From: Asterias rubens
Lineage: Eukaryota
Direction of reading: 5' to 3'
DNA length: 64,000 bases
NCBI RefSeq assembly: GCF_902459465.1
Contig: NC_047079.1
Span: 6,572,001 to 6,636,000, forward strand
Shown: piece after piece, positions 12,940-26,080 of the stretch
Layout of the letters: the number at the start of each line of letters is the position of its first letter
Numbering within the stretch: position 1 is the stretch's first letter
Translations under genes and position numbers: made by a program
The notes under the pieces: model-generated
The model's database searches: none
Told to the model about the DNA's origin: nothing
The model's input: only the letters and a program-made list of their open reading frames with translations

Positions 12940-13316
12940 TTACTTAATTACTTCCTTACTCTATCACATCATTACCAAAGCTTGGTACCGTACGGCATTA
13001 TTTCCTTGTTGAGATTACAGAGTACCAAAACTACTATTCATTACACCACTGATTGTTCATACTAGATTCATTTACATTGATACCTAAGAGTTGATGACCC
13101 TACCAAAGCTATGTCGCCACCTTGCTCACATTGTCTTGTTTCCCTATAAAATTTATAACTTTTTCATGCACGAATAGATTATATTTAAATAATAATATGT
13201 CCTTGCTCTACGATCACATGATACCATGATGATACCAAAGCTACTAAAGTTGATAGTAATTCAGCACTGATTGCTCACACTGCCTCGTTTCACTATAACA
13301 TATTCAGCATACTTAA

Positions 13317-13695
13317 ATGCAGTAGACACTATTGGTAATTACTCAAAATAATTATTGGCATACAACCTTTCTTGGTGACGAGTAATGGGGAGACATTGAT
13401 TGTATAAAACATTGCGATAAACGGCTCCCTCTGAAGTGCCATAGTTTTCGAGAAAGAAGTAATTTTCCACGAATTTGATTTCGAGACTTCAGATTTAGAA
13501 CTTGAGGTCTCGAAATCAACCATCTAAACGCACACAACTTCGTGTGACAAGGGTGTTTTCTTCTTTCATTATTATCTCGCAAGTTCGATGACCGATTGAG
13601 CTCAAATTTTCACAGGTTAGTTATTTTATGCATATGTTGAGATACACCAGTTGTGAAGGCTAGTCTTTGACAATTACCAATAGTGTCCACTGCCT
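13317..13695 (-). mobile_element. TTAA-flanked MITE, family AGGCAGTGGACAC (opposite orientation)
   Basis: TTAA at 13313-13316 and 13696-13699; reverse complement of the 4254 copy. Confidence 0.88.
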
Positions 13696-13699
13696 TTAA

Positions 13700-14062
13700 A
13701 GCCATTGGACCCTTTCGGTAAACAGTGTTGTCCAAGGCCCACACTTTGTGTACCACAACTTCTATATCAAATAACAAACCTGTGAAAATTTAGGTTCAAT
13801 CGGTCATCGGAGTCGGGAGAAAACAACGGAAAAACCCACCCTTGTTTCCGCGCGTTTCGCCGTGTCATGACATGTGTTTCAAATAAATCCGTAATTCTCG
13901 TTAACGAGAATTTATATTGTTTTGCTGTTTTCTCAAAAAGTAAAGCATTTCATGGAATAATATTTCAAAAGAAGTCTTTCACCATTGCCTTCTGTAAACC
14001 CTGTAAGTTATTTGTAAATCTGTGATTTTTTTTTTTTTCTGAACCGAAAGGGTCCAATGGCT
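13700..14062 (+). mobile_element. TTAA-flanked MITE (Kolobok/T2-like), family AGCCATTGGAC
   Basis: TIR AGCCATTGGACCCTTTCGGT...ACCGAAAGGGTCCAATGGCT; TTAA both sides, the left one shared with the neighbouring MITE. Confidence 0.88.
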
Positions 14063-14920
14063 TTAATAAATATCTCACTGCTCTATGTGTATATAGCAAG
14101 TCACTATTCATCGCCTGACTATTTAATAACTTCACTATCGATACCTTATTCCTACACATATATTTCATACCAAAATAACTATGCTGTATATCTCCATGCT
14201 CTTGATCATTTCAATATCAACGTTTGTTAACAGCACGTCACCGTTGCTATGTAACACTACCCTGTGTCCTAACATCGATACCCCATACCGAGACAGATAT
14301 TAATGTAATGGATGATATCTCCTGAATACCACTGTTGGTCTCGTTGCAATACTCTATTGCCACCATGATTTGGTCCACTCTCTCGCGAGGTCCACTCACT
14401 TATTATCCTCTCCAACTAGTTTAGATTATTGGGCATCAAGCCACGGGAGATACCAAAATCTATGATGACTTCATCTTTTATTTTTGGCGCGAGTCTCGTT
14501 CGTTCTTGAGTCCTGTTTGTCACCAAACAAGATCAGACGGCCACCCGCGGTTGCTAGGGAAAATCGAATTATCAGCTCTGGCACGCGCGCCAATTTCATG
14601 TCTTTTTTTATACTACCACTGGGTGTTTTTTCTTTCCGTGGGATCCAAGCGGTTGGATTTTCCCATGGAAGGTTTTTCCCGCGTTTTGTGGACGGACACA
14701 GCTGGTGTCCGCCTCGGCGTTGGTTTACAGCGCGGTGATGTCCACAGCAGGGGATGGGGAGGTGTAATTAGCGTGTGAAGAAAGTGACGAGTATGGTACT
14801 TTACAATGCGTCGATCATGAGGAATTGGTGGGGGGGGGGTGATTGTATTGGATCATATCATTGGCTGTCTGGAGGAAGAAAATTACCAAAGGTGTGATTG
14901 TTGCTGTTGAGTTGTCATTA

Positions 14921-15036
14921 GGGACTTTTCGTTTTCGACAACGGATGGTTCTGCGACGGTAAAGATGACATTTGGCGTCATCTGCGCATGCGTCGGCTTT
15001 GAGGAGAGCCACCCGTCGTCGAAAACGAAAAGTCCC
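14921..15036. mobile_element. Small TA-flanked palindromic MITE (GGGACTTTTCGTTTTCGAC TIR)
   Basis: TIRs of about 24 bp, TA on both sides. Confidence 0.7.
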
Positions 15037-15163
15037 TATAGTCCCTTAAACAACGGATGGTTCTCAACGATGGGTGGCAATTGGTGGAATGGATTTGAAT
15101 TAAATAGCGTGCCCTAACGACTGGGCGACTGGTGACGTCTCTATGGTCTATTTGGATTTGTTA

Positions 15164-15303
15164 GGCCGTGTCCGAAACGACGACTTCGGCTACAGCTACG
15201 TCTAGATCAGCGCGTCTACCAGGGCAGTACCAGTGTTAAAGAATAGGCAGACGCGCGCGATCTAGCCGTAGCTGTAGCCGAAGTCGCCGTTTCGGACACG
15301 GCC
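15164..15303. mobile_element. Palindromic Harbinger/Tourist-like MITE, family GGCCGTGTCCGAA
   Basis: Long TIRs; TTA duplication (15161-15163, 15304-15306). Confidence 0.85.
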
Positions 15304-17539
15304 TTAGTTTAGAGAGGTTATGGATTTACATGCTTTTTACATAGCTCTATGGTTTTACCACATCATCGGACGTTGTGCTGTAATTGTCATTAACTATACC
15401 GTATAGTTCTTATGTAAGGACCAATGTGTAGTCAACCACAATATAGAAGTCAAGACGGTGCAGAGAATACCAAACACAAAGTTTGTTGTGATTTTCTTCC
15501 CGTGCGCTTTGTTTTGCATGAAACATCGGTGACTTCTGCCGTGATGATCTTTTATCTGTGGTACTATTAAGATGCATAAAGCAAGGGACGTACATGTAGG
15601 GCTTACGGTGTCCTATATGTTCAGGCCGTACTCTTATATTGGGCTGTGAGGGTATCACAATCCAAAATGCATACAAGCAAACAAGTTTTGGGCAACATTT
15701 TGCATTCTTGAAACCTAATATTAATAGTGAACACAAATCTACTTAACCGTTTGTATATCGGCCTTCATATCAAGAAAACGCAATGAAGTACACTCGGGGT
15801 TTAAATTCATGTTGATTTTTTTTGGTACTAACAACGAATTTGTAGAGGAACCTTGGGCATTGTTTCATCCACCCAGGTACAGGTACATCGGGGTCAGTTC
15901 CCCCGTGTCTCCGGGCTCAGTCACGCCGCTAGGTCCCTAACCCTTGGTACCCCTTTGGGAAGACTCACGAGACCTCGATTCTAGCCCTCTCAACAACTTT
16001 CTCTAAAGGTGAGTCATGTTTACAGGACCTCTGAAGTCCCCCCCCCCCACCCCCCCCCCCAAAAAAAAGGACAACCACTACACTTTCATCGTTTACATAA
16101 TTTCTGTTGTTTATTGAGACCACTTTGTTCGAACGACAATAGATCTATTTTTCTTATAAACACAATTTCAGCAGCTAGAGAAGGATAATAAATAACTCCA
16201 TCAGCGTAAGTCACCGGTGAGTGTTCCCCCTAGGTTGGCGAGAGGGTCACCCTGGATTCACATCAGAACGGTCGTGGGAAAATCTTGCGAGCCCTTGAAG
16301 CTGATTTTTAAAGGGACATTCCTTAACTTTTCAGCAAGCATTCTAATCGCAAAATATGTGGTTGTTTTGAGAGATTTATCACTGCTGTTTGCTTGTTTTA
16401 ATGTCGTCGCGCGCCCGTTTGAAGGCCGTGCAGCAAAAAGTTACCAAAAAGGACCTGTTATAATAATAATAAGCAATGTGCGGAATTGTGTTTCGAGAAA
16501 ACTGAGTGTGAAAGTGTGATTGGTTTTCTGCCAATCATAAGTTATAATTGGCAAGGTTAAATTCTGCATGGGAATGGAAAACATGTATTTTGGGGGTAAT
16601 TATAGCGAAACAAAAATGTAACGATTATGCCATATTTGTTTTGTCATCAAGTGTCATTTTATTGCATGTACTTCGTGTGCCTGAAAGAAGAGCGTAGAGC
16701 CATATGCACTGTTTCTGGCACAGGCAAGCGATATAATGTGTCTTGATATTCAAGAAACACACATCTTAATTGTTCCAAAAACACACTGTGGATAACAATG
16801 CTCGAGATAGTTTAGTGAATTGGCGCGTAAGGCCAAGAAACCTTTTTTCTCTGGGAAAACAAGTTCTACACCCTTGGATTCGTCCTATCCTACTCCAGAA
16901 TATCTTCTACAGTTCGGCTAATTTTGTCTATACAAAAACAAACTACCTAGAAAGAAACAGTCAGTCACCTGTAAGATTAGCTTTTGATTGGTCCCCCATT
17001 CAAACTTAGGAGGGGTGGGGCATAAGTGTTCCTTGAAATTTGACTTATACTTAAAAAACAAATTTCGTAGGTCTTAGTTTAGTCACGTGCATCCGCACAC
17101 AACTAATGTATTGTGAATGTGTGCTGGGGGAATGGCGGGAATTAAGACTCGCAAACTGACCTTGACAACAAACCGTTTTTGTACTTCGTCTGGGAACATT
17201 TTACTTAGTCGATGTGAAAAACCTGCAGAGATTACACAATTAATTAAGGAATCAGGAAGTGTTTGTCTGAATATAGCGTGGGAATTAAACGAACTCGTTT
17301 TCTGGTCGTTCCCCTGGGTGTTAACACATGGCGAGCATTTTGATGATATAACAATATGGCATTAAAGGGTGTAGTGTTAACATGTAGAGATTATACTTGG
17401 ACAGCCATCATTTCAGAGTGTAGCTAATTTATTTACGATGGTGGCATCATGGAGGAAGTTGGAGGAAGTTGGAGGGAGGAGGTCACACAATCATCCATGG
17501 TTTATTGAATGAAACTTGACCGCTGACCAGACTTTAGAC

Positions 17540-17800
17540 ATCTCGACCAAACTCGAAACGGCTCGACCAAGACGACACGACCAAAGTCAAGACAACTTGA
17601 CCGAACTCAAGACGACTCGACCACACCCAACACGACTCGACCAAACTCAACGAGACTCGACCAAACTCAACACGACTCAACTAAACTAAAGACGACTCAA
17701 CTAAACTAAAGACGACTTGACCAAACTCAAGACGACTCTACCAAACTCAAGACGACTCGACCAAACTCATCACAACTCGACCAAACTCAACACTACTCAA
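17540..17800. repeat. Minisatellite, about 20-bp unit (CTCGACCAAACTCAAGACGA) x about 13
   Basis: Directly visible degenerate tandem array without spacers. Confidence 0.9.
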
Positions 17801-18599
17801 CGATGACCCACGATGACAAACGGGTGCTTTATGGTGCTGGGGCAGTCGGTGCCTTCTAAACCGCCATCACACTTATGAGGCAATAATTTACCAGATTAAT
17901 TCAATTACGAACGGACAAGCCGCGAAGCTAGACAGCGTGCTACTTGGCCAGTGGTGACACCGGGCGATCTGGCTTGGTTTCCCCATCAGAGAGCCGTGGG
18001 AAACACACGAACTTGGAAAACCACGGGGCCAGAGGAGTGTTTTCTTACTAATTAAAGGAGCAGCCCCAGCAAAACTTTCCCACCACCTGGAACTAATGCC
18101 CACGTAACCTGGTGGGGCACAGAGCTTCGTTCAGTCGGGCCACGCGAGTGTCCCGTGGCTTGGGCTGTTTTTGTTCCCCGGACCCTCGGGGTGTTTGTGA
18201 GGGGACGAGTTATTTTTACTTCTTCTTCCAAGCAAGTCATGCGTACAAATTGTTTACTTGGTGTGGGCTGTTTGTTCTGTTTTGGAATGTGTGTTTGTGT
18301 GGGAAATAATCTAGGCGTGAAATTGGAATTGTTTAAGAAGGTGATTATTTAATTGATTGTTGGAAAAGCAAACAAGGAAAGGACAAATCCATTATTATTT
18401 TGACACAGGCGCGAGTTGAGTTATGATAGAAGGGTGTGCACAGCCTGTCACAAAACAAGTGCAAACACCTTGATGCCATAGCTTTCAATATTCTTTACGA
18501 AACTACAATACTATACCAACAGGAGTGGTTTGAAAACTTGATATTGACAAGTTGATTCTGTAAACGAATAGAATACGAAGTCAGCGCTAGAAAGTTGGA

Positions 18600-18960
18600 G
18601 TCGAAACTAAATGGAATTTGGCGGGAACGAAATGAGAAAAGAAAAAGAAGACATTTACATCTGCCCGAAAGGCAAGAACGAATAGAAGCCCAAGCTGATG
18701 GGTTTTGATTGAAGCACAGATTGTACCCGATAAGAGAGGCATAGATAAGAAATTCCAAAGTTTTGAGAGAGAGCGTGGGAAGAAACTGGTTTGAGAAACT
18801 GTAGTCGTAGAGTTGTAAGTTGATATCGAAGTATAAACGCTAAGAATTTGTATCAGTGTTGGGCTCAAAGTGATTTGTCCCTTAAATTTATGAGCAAAAA
18901 GCTGACCTTTTAAGAAAGTGTTTGTATTGACGACTAAGTGAATGTCCTTAAAACGTCTCC
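18600..18960 (-). mobile_element. Degenerate LINE (CR1/L2-like) ORF2 C-terminal remnant
   Basis: Translation ...TTVSQTSFFPRSLSKLWNFLS... resembles the SFFPR...WN.LP tail of CR1/L2-clade ORF2; no intact RT motifs seen. Confidence 0.5.
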
Positions 18961-21900
18961 ACATTGCTGCCCTGTGAAGAAAACAAGACTAAAACACAGG
19001 TGGTTCATTTCTCCAAGCCATTATTCCCCCACAACCCTGAAACACTTTTACCCAAAATCAATTCACTTTAATTGTAAACAGTAGACCCACAGTCCGATCG
19101 CTTTAATGGCCGTAGTTTATAATCGTAATGGGTTCGCCACTTCTCACGACTTGTATTCCCAGCGCCGAAATCTGAAGCGATCCGAAGTGATCGGTTTTCG
19201 AGTTCTCAGTAGCCTGATCTCGGAGATCCGATATGGTTGACATAATTAAATATCGCACGGTAACTTTATACCGAGTTGACGGTCGTTTGCGGTGAAACAG
19301 ATTATTCATTTTCAGGACCTCTTGCCAAAAAGAACTTTAGAGCATCTCATAAGGTGATTGCGTTACATGGTTTTCAAAGAAAGCCCTTGTGTCATATTAA
19401 GGTATTTCTTAAGGTAGTCGTTGGAAATGCCAACGAAAAGAACAGATGGTAATTCGCGAAAGTCAGAAGCGCAGGTTTTTTTGTTTACAAATTAAGCCTA
19501 CAAGACGCCAGCCGCACTTGAACTTGATGCTAATCGCCATCCAGTTTGATCATAATTTAAATTTGCTTGCAGACCTGGTTCGAAACCTGGCAGATTTAAC
19601 CAATGTCCCATGTATAGTTGGGCAGACAGAAGGAATATTTGTTAATAAAGTATTGTGCCTTTGGTAAGTGGAGTATGGAATTAGGCACCCAGTCTGACTT
19701 GGAGTATGTCATGAGACTGTGGGAGGAGAGTAATATTCTGGGGGGGACCCCACGCAGTCAGGATATGGACTGGAAACACCAGTGCTCGGTGTGATTCGAA
19801 GTCCTGGAAGTGGAAAGCGAGGAAAAACCTCTACACCAACCCGACCACCCGTTCCCCATGTCAGCGTCGTGCTGTGTGCTCTTTGGAGTGGTCGAAAGTC
19901 ACATGCAATATTCCTTAGGACTTAGTGCAACCATGGAGGAAGAAAATAGAGTGCAACCATGGAGGGTGCAACGGCGCAGAACTAATGAGAGAAGGCGTTG
20001 ATTTCTAAATGAATAGTTGATAGAAACAAACAATGAGATTCCCAAGGAGCTTTCATTCCATTCGTAATTTGACAATACGCTCAACAAAATGTTGCACCAT
20101 GCATTGATTGCACATGGTGTAAAGATGGTCATGGTGGGAATATCTTTATAAAGCTACCACCTTTTGATTGAAATTAATTCAACTACATTTATATAGGGTT
20201 AAAATAATCGGTTCCAACATTCCAAAGGTATAGCCATTAATTTTTTTTTTCTCACGGACGATATTTTCTCACGCTGCGGTCCGCGTTCTCACGTTTCAGA
20301 CGGTAGGATGCTGGGGCCGAAACCGCACACTTCAAGGTGTGAACACATAAGCCAATCAACCGTCACCTGTGTTGTTTTCTCGGCCCTCTCTTCTCCCCCC
20401 CCCCCCCCCCCCACTCCTTCTCTCTCACCGGTAATGGAAGCGTCGCGTCATCCCCGAGGATAAGAGTAAACAAACCCTGCTGACTTCTTGGTACTATCAT
20501 GGAGCAATGGTAGAGTTTAGTTTGCAATAGGTACATCTTCCCGTCACCTGTGATTTTTGTCATGGATTTCTCTTCAGTGACCAGTTCTTCATTTCTTGAG
20601 GTGTAGGAGTAAAGAGGGAGGGGGAAGATGATGTATGGAGTCAGAAAAAGTGAATGCTTTACCAAAAATAGAGCCTCATCCGAAAATACTGAAAATGTGT
20701 CAACTTTATATATGCTAATGAAAGACATGGACCTTCCAACCACCTTACTCATTGTGTGTGTGTGGGGGGGGGGGGCTTATCTCTGACAAAATTGAGGGCT
20801 GGGTACGTGGGGTAGAACTTCTTAAATAATTTAGGCAAACTGGTTTCTCATACAATTGTAAAAGCATACGTCTATGTAAGTCAGTATATCAAAGTTTGTA
20901 AACTACCGAGAGATTGGGCATTGTCATAGAGCTATAACTCTATGGGCATTGTTCAAACTTGTTCCACAAAATAATTCAAAGTAATTCCTAAAACAGTTTC
21001 AAACAACTTGTGGTTTCTGAATATATCCGTCACTCGCGATCTGATTTCCCGTGCATCACTCGTGAAAATTACAGTTCATAACTGATCAGTGGTCAAACGA
21101 GTAACAAAATAACGAGGTCAAATCATAGAGTGGCACCTTTTGAGGATTAGAGGGGGAGAGTGAGAGGCCGTGGGGACCCACTTTGGTGACCCTCGCGTAC
21201 GCAGTGTGCGCCCCGCAAGAAGCACGACCCACCCCGCAAGGAACCCGTGCCAGTACGCTCTACACACGTACACCAAGCCACAAGCCTGGGGGCAGGCAGA
21301 CAGAGAGAGGGCCACAAGAAAGGCTGTGCTATTTTACCTGTTTACAGCAGCGCAACAATTTGTTTTAATTGATACCAGGTTTCCAGACCCTCACTACCCC
21401 CGGAGTAAGATGTTCCCACGCCCTCAGACCAACCTCTCCCCGACCGCCAGGTCCCTGAAATGTTTTTCTTTGCGGTTTTTCTTCTTTCCCCGATTAAAAA
21501 ACCGACTCGGGTTTTCAGACAGTTCTCAGACATAACACGAAAGCTTTGATTCGATTTTATTATCAACGGTCGAGGAGCCATCAATCATTCAGAGACTGAC
21601 GTCAATTTTTCTCTCTCAAAATAAACTCTGGGTTAAAAAGAAAACTCTGCAAGAAGTTTTTTTTCTGACATATTGAGTGATGGTGTCGATTTGGGTTTGC
21701 TTTTATTCCATTTTGGTACTCGTAGAGTGATTCCAATACGCTTGGCATGAAATCTTCTCCCCTTTTTAACCTTGGACTTTTTAGTATGTCTAACGAGTAT
21801 AGTTAGGAAATATTGACAAAATAAAGGACTGTTGTACTCTCTAGAACAAACCCGATTTTGAAATCGATTTTCGCGTACGTGATTTCTCTTTCACGACGAA

Positions 21901-22569
21901 CGCTTTGTATGTGACCATGATGTGACCAACCCCAAGGCTTTAGATGTAACTTTATTGTCGTAGGATATCTCTATCCACTTATTCAAATTAAGCTAGTTTT
22001 CCTCATGTAACCATACTTGTTTGTCTAGTTCAATGTCTACCTCGTCGTTTGTCTCTTTGGCCGTCTGTCTTGTCCTAAGTCTGATTTCTAAGTTTCGTCA
22101 ACCCTTGCTTAACCAGCCTCCGTACTCCTCTTTCTACTGTAATATGTTTACTCTGACTTAATTAATAACTTACTACTTTATTTTTGATTCGTAACATTTT
22201 TTTTTCTCACAAGAAATTATGGACATTAGTGTTTTCTGGAATTGAATTTAAGACGTGTCCGACCATAAAACGTCATGTTTTTTTTTAATCCGTTCATGGA
22301 AAACGTAATCAACCGCAATGTTTGTGATGTAGTCTAGACAACTCAAACCACCTTGCTGAACCGTGGGAAATAAAATAACTTTACGTGTTGGCAATCGAAA
22401 CAGAAAGGGGGTTCGGTTCCGGTTCATGCCTGAATAATGTATAGGCGTAATCCTCTTATCCGTCAAGTGCTTGGCACTGCAGCTTTGCGAAAAACCCCAT
22501 TAACGGAAGATGACGTAGTCGCCATTTTGTGGTTTCCATCTTGTGCAACTACCCTAAGAAAAACTATAC

Positions 22570-22739
22570 CGGGCCTTCATTAGGCAACGAAGGTGATTGC
22601 CTCAATGCTCTCTGGTCATTGCCTTGGTGCCCTTGAAATGCTCCGAGGAGAAATTTACAATTTCCTCATAGGGTGCCCTTTACCAATGAGGAAAATACCT
22701 TGGTGCCCTTGCCCTTTCAAAAACGGGCACACAGGCCCG
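22570..22739 (+). mobile_element. Dispersed non-autonomous element, hAT-like (GGAGGCAACGAAGGCGATTGCCTC...GCCTTGGTGCCCTTG family)
   Basis: Copies at 26758-26945, 37705-37826 (minus), 58746-58825, 58918-59030. This copy has CGGGCC/GGCCCG ends and AACTATAC/TACTATAC flanks (7 of 8 match). Confidence 0.6.
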
Positions 22740-23319
22740 TACTATACCCCATCCAATTGTGGCATAATTGTCACATACTTTAAAACGCTATTTTTTTCTG
22801 TACAAAGTTACAACTTATAACCCAAACCCCTAAATTCCTCCAAAGATTTCCTGAGATTCCCACAAACACAATAGACTTGTGTTCAAGTCGTTATTGTTCT
22901 GTCACGATCTTGCAACTGTTGTGCTGAGAGCAGCCCTCTCGCGACAGAGATTTAACGACTTGTCCACAAGTCTAAGAACGCAATGCAGACACAATAGTGG
23001 TACACCATGAAATATGAAATCATGTTGTGAATGCAGCTACACAGTGCACGGTCAACACGCCTCTGACCATTAAATATCATTCACTGTGTTATTGAATGTT
23101 TGATAATTAAAGTACAAGCCTGCAGTGATCATGACTTGTGGTGAGTGCATCTAAAGTCAATTTTCCCAATGGTTAAAAGTCAACTTTCCCAAAGTGTTGC
23201 CAACAGTAACATAAGTTATTTCGCAATTGTGTTAAATTACTTGTGAGCTTACTGAAGACGTACAGTTGTCTTCATTTAAAAGGTGAATTTTAGATCGAGA
23301 ACGAAACTATCCAATCAAG

Positions 23320-23609
23320 ATTCTTTATCCCCGATGCAAATTTAACATCTCTTATATCGTTGCGGTACCCGCTGTCAAAACATAGGATTCGAACTGCCTC
23401 TAGCTACACGGCAACCTCGGTAGTCTAGTTGGTAAGACACTGCTCTAGAATTGCCAGGGTCGTGGGTTCGAATCCCACCCGAGTAATATGCCTGTGATAC
23501 TTTGTTCACGGACTCGGGAAAGTACTGAGTAATACAGTGCTAACACACATCGGTGTATGGGTAAAAACCAAAATCAATATTCTTTATCCCCGATGCAAAC
23601 TTAACATCT
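23320..23609 (+). mobile_element. tRNA-derived SINE-like unit between two 31-bp direct repeats
   Basis: tRNA-like head 23415-23484 (A box TAGTCTAGTTGG, D stem GTCT/AGAC, T arm GTGGG-TTCGAAT-CCCAC); ATTCTTTATCCCCGATGCAAAYTTAACATCT at 23320-23350 and 23579-23609. Confidence 0.7.
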
Positions 23610-26080
23610 TTTATGAAACTAAATCTATCTGAAATAGACTGGATACAAGTTATTTATATCGACACGTTTGGTCGTTTCTCGAAACCGAAAATAGAACCAG
23701 TGGCGAGTTGCAAGACGCAAGAGTTGCGTCTGCTGGTGTGAAGAGTTTAAGTCGTGCTGCGGTAAATTATTGCCAAAACAAGAAATTCTTGGTGACTCAG
23801 GGAGTGACCAGGTTTCAAAACAAAATAAAACAACAATGTTGTTTGTGGTTGTGGGCTCGAGAAAATCTTTGCTGTTATCAAACACTGTAAAAGGGTCCAG
23901 TCATAGAAATGGCATTTTTAAGCAAACTAGTGGTTTGAGTAGACTTTACTCAAGTGACCAGAATTAGACAATGAATTTAGTGTTCGAAACTTTTTTGTTC
24001 AAATCTTGAGTGTTTTTTTGTGTGTGTCCCATACCACCGAAGATTAACTGTTTGGGTGACTCTCGGTGACACTCCCGTCGTGGGAGAGTAGGCGGTTGAA
24101 TCCAGGCGGGCTATAAGTGGTCTGAACTGTCCAAATCGCGGACCTTACGAAACTTGAAAGTTTGACTTTTTTGACAATAATTAAGTACCCTTTCATCAGC
24201 AGTTTTTGTATGTCTCTTTTAAGTCTGAACATCAATCACGCGAAAGAGGAGAAACTTGAGCGCAACTTGAGCGATGAAGCCTACTGGGAAATCATGTCAG
24301 TTGACGGCAGTGGTTTAAGTCTAACCCGCTTCTTCCGGACTGGGCTCAGAAACTTTAAAGTGACAACCCAAGTTTCATTGTTTTCCCTCGGACACAAATA
24401 ATCTTAGACAGACGTTAAAATTTGGTAATCAAGCTTTATTATTATATATTTCTGGTAACGACCGCCACAAAATATGTATTTAGGGTTCTCAAAATTAAGA
24501 AAATACACCCTTTCTGATTTGCTGTTCGATCGATCTTAATACATTGTACTGGATTAATCGTAACATGAGCAAAGTGTGGTGCCACAAAACAAATCACGAG
24601 GCAATATTGGAAACTCGGCAAAAATCTTGACAGTTTTTCTTTAGCATCGAGCTCAGAAACAACATGTAGCGTTTTGTACTTGTGTATGTTATTATATACA
24701 TTTTTAAAATGCATGCTTTTTTATTTTCCTGTATTTTTATAAACATGTATGTTTTTTGTTGGAGGGGTCTGGGAGGACACCTCGCTTTGATGACAGTTTT
24801 TAAAACTTTTGCCTGAACCTGGACGTCCCCTGCAAACAAAGAATTATGTCCGAAGATTTAAAATAACAATAAGAAATACCAATTGTTTGATCTGGTAACT
24901 AAGAAAGATACCTATTAAACGATCTAAGTTTTTAGATAGACAACGTCGTTCATCTCAGAAAACATGAAAGCACAGATGGTCACTTTGGGCTTCCGTACCA
25001 TTATCAATTTGTGGTAAAAAAACTATAGCGCCTGTGTGGATTATATATTGAACATCAAAATGGTCATGGTGGATTGATTTGAAAGAAAAACCTGGAAAGC
25101 TCAGCACAAGAAATTACTTTGTTGAGAGCCGGAAACACACCATGTTTGAACAAAAGGACTTACAAACCCATAGAGACATGATTTACGCTGATCGAAAATG
25201 AGATAGTTGGAAATAGATTTATTGAATTGAGTGGACTGATATTACAACATGTGTATTATTGTCGACATCTGCTATAGCAGAAAGAAAGATTTTCTTTATA
25301 TTAGACAACAATGATCATATCTCACACCGGAAGAGTGAGAATTAATATCAATAAAAATATGTCTGGGAATCTTTGTTGAATTTCAGTTATTCTGAAAAAC
25401 TCAGACTTAATTTAAAAGGAAGTGGAATTATTCTGAATGGGTTTCCAATGGTCCACTGACATTGGTCATAATTAAAATTAATTGGGTGTGGATTTGAACG
25501 CTTTGAATGCTGCTTTGTTTCAACGACAACTGCCGGAAGCGAACACGAGAGGGCGAAAACACCGATCGAAGGGATGCACATAGTGTCACCCCATATCCCA
25601 TCGCAACCAATGGTAAATGCTAAAAATATTTTAAAATATTCAACAAAATAGTTTAAGGTCTCTCAGCCTCTTTAAATTAAAGCAGATTTTGGCTAACGGC
25701 TAAATTTCATTTTGTTTCTTTTGAATTTTCAGCAAATTATAGCCATACAAAAATGTTTTAGCTATATTGGTCATCCAAAATTAAACCGCCCCGAACGAGC
25801 CAATTGGCAGTGGCAGTTTCCTTCTGGGACAAAAGACCTACACTTGGAGTAAAAGTGTTGTTGTTTTTGCTGTTTATTGTACAAATAAAATATACGGAAA
25901 CCTACAAATATTCAGTATTTGATTGTCTCAAACAAATTAAATTGTCACCTAGGCCTATTTCATGACAACAGCTCCAACACAAAGAAACCAGCAGGCCTAT
26001 TTTTTTGTTCAATCGAGTGGTTTCAGACCAGTCGATAGTATAGGCGATAGGGTTTCATTCGATGTTAATACACCCAGACC

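Noticed and set aside
290-17500. Lone CAT(A/G)GAG ends at 290, 1184, 10860, 17449 and the 5-bp-repeat case at 793
   Set aside because: They share the terminus of the scar family but I could not find a matching 7-8 bp flanking duplication, so they are not counted.
17540-17800. Regular short repeats resembling a CRISPR array
   Set aside because: Contiguous degenerate 20-bp units with no unique spacers, no cas genes, eukaryotic context.
23415-23484. Functional tRNA gene
   Set aside because: The anticodon stem does not pair properly and the sequence is embedded in a repeat-like unit; treated as SINE-derived.
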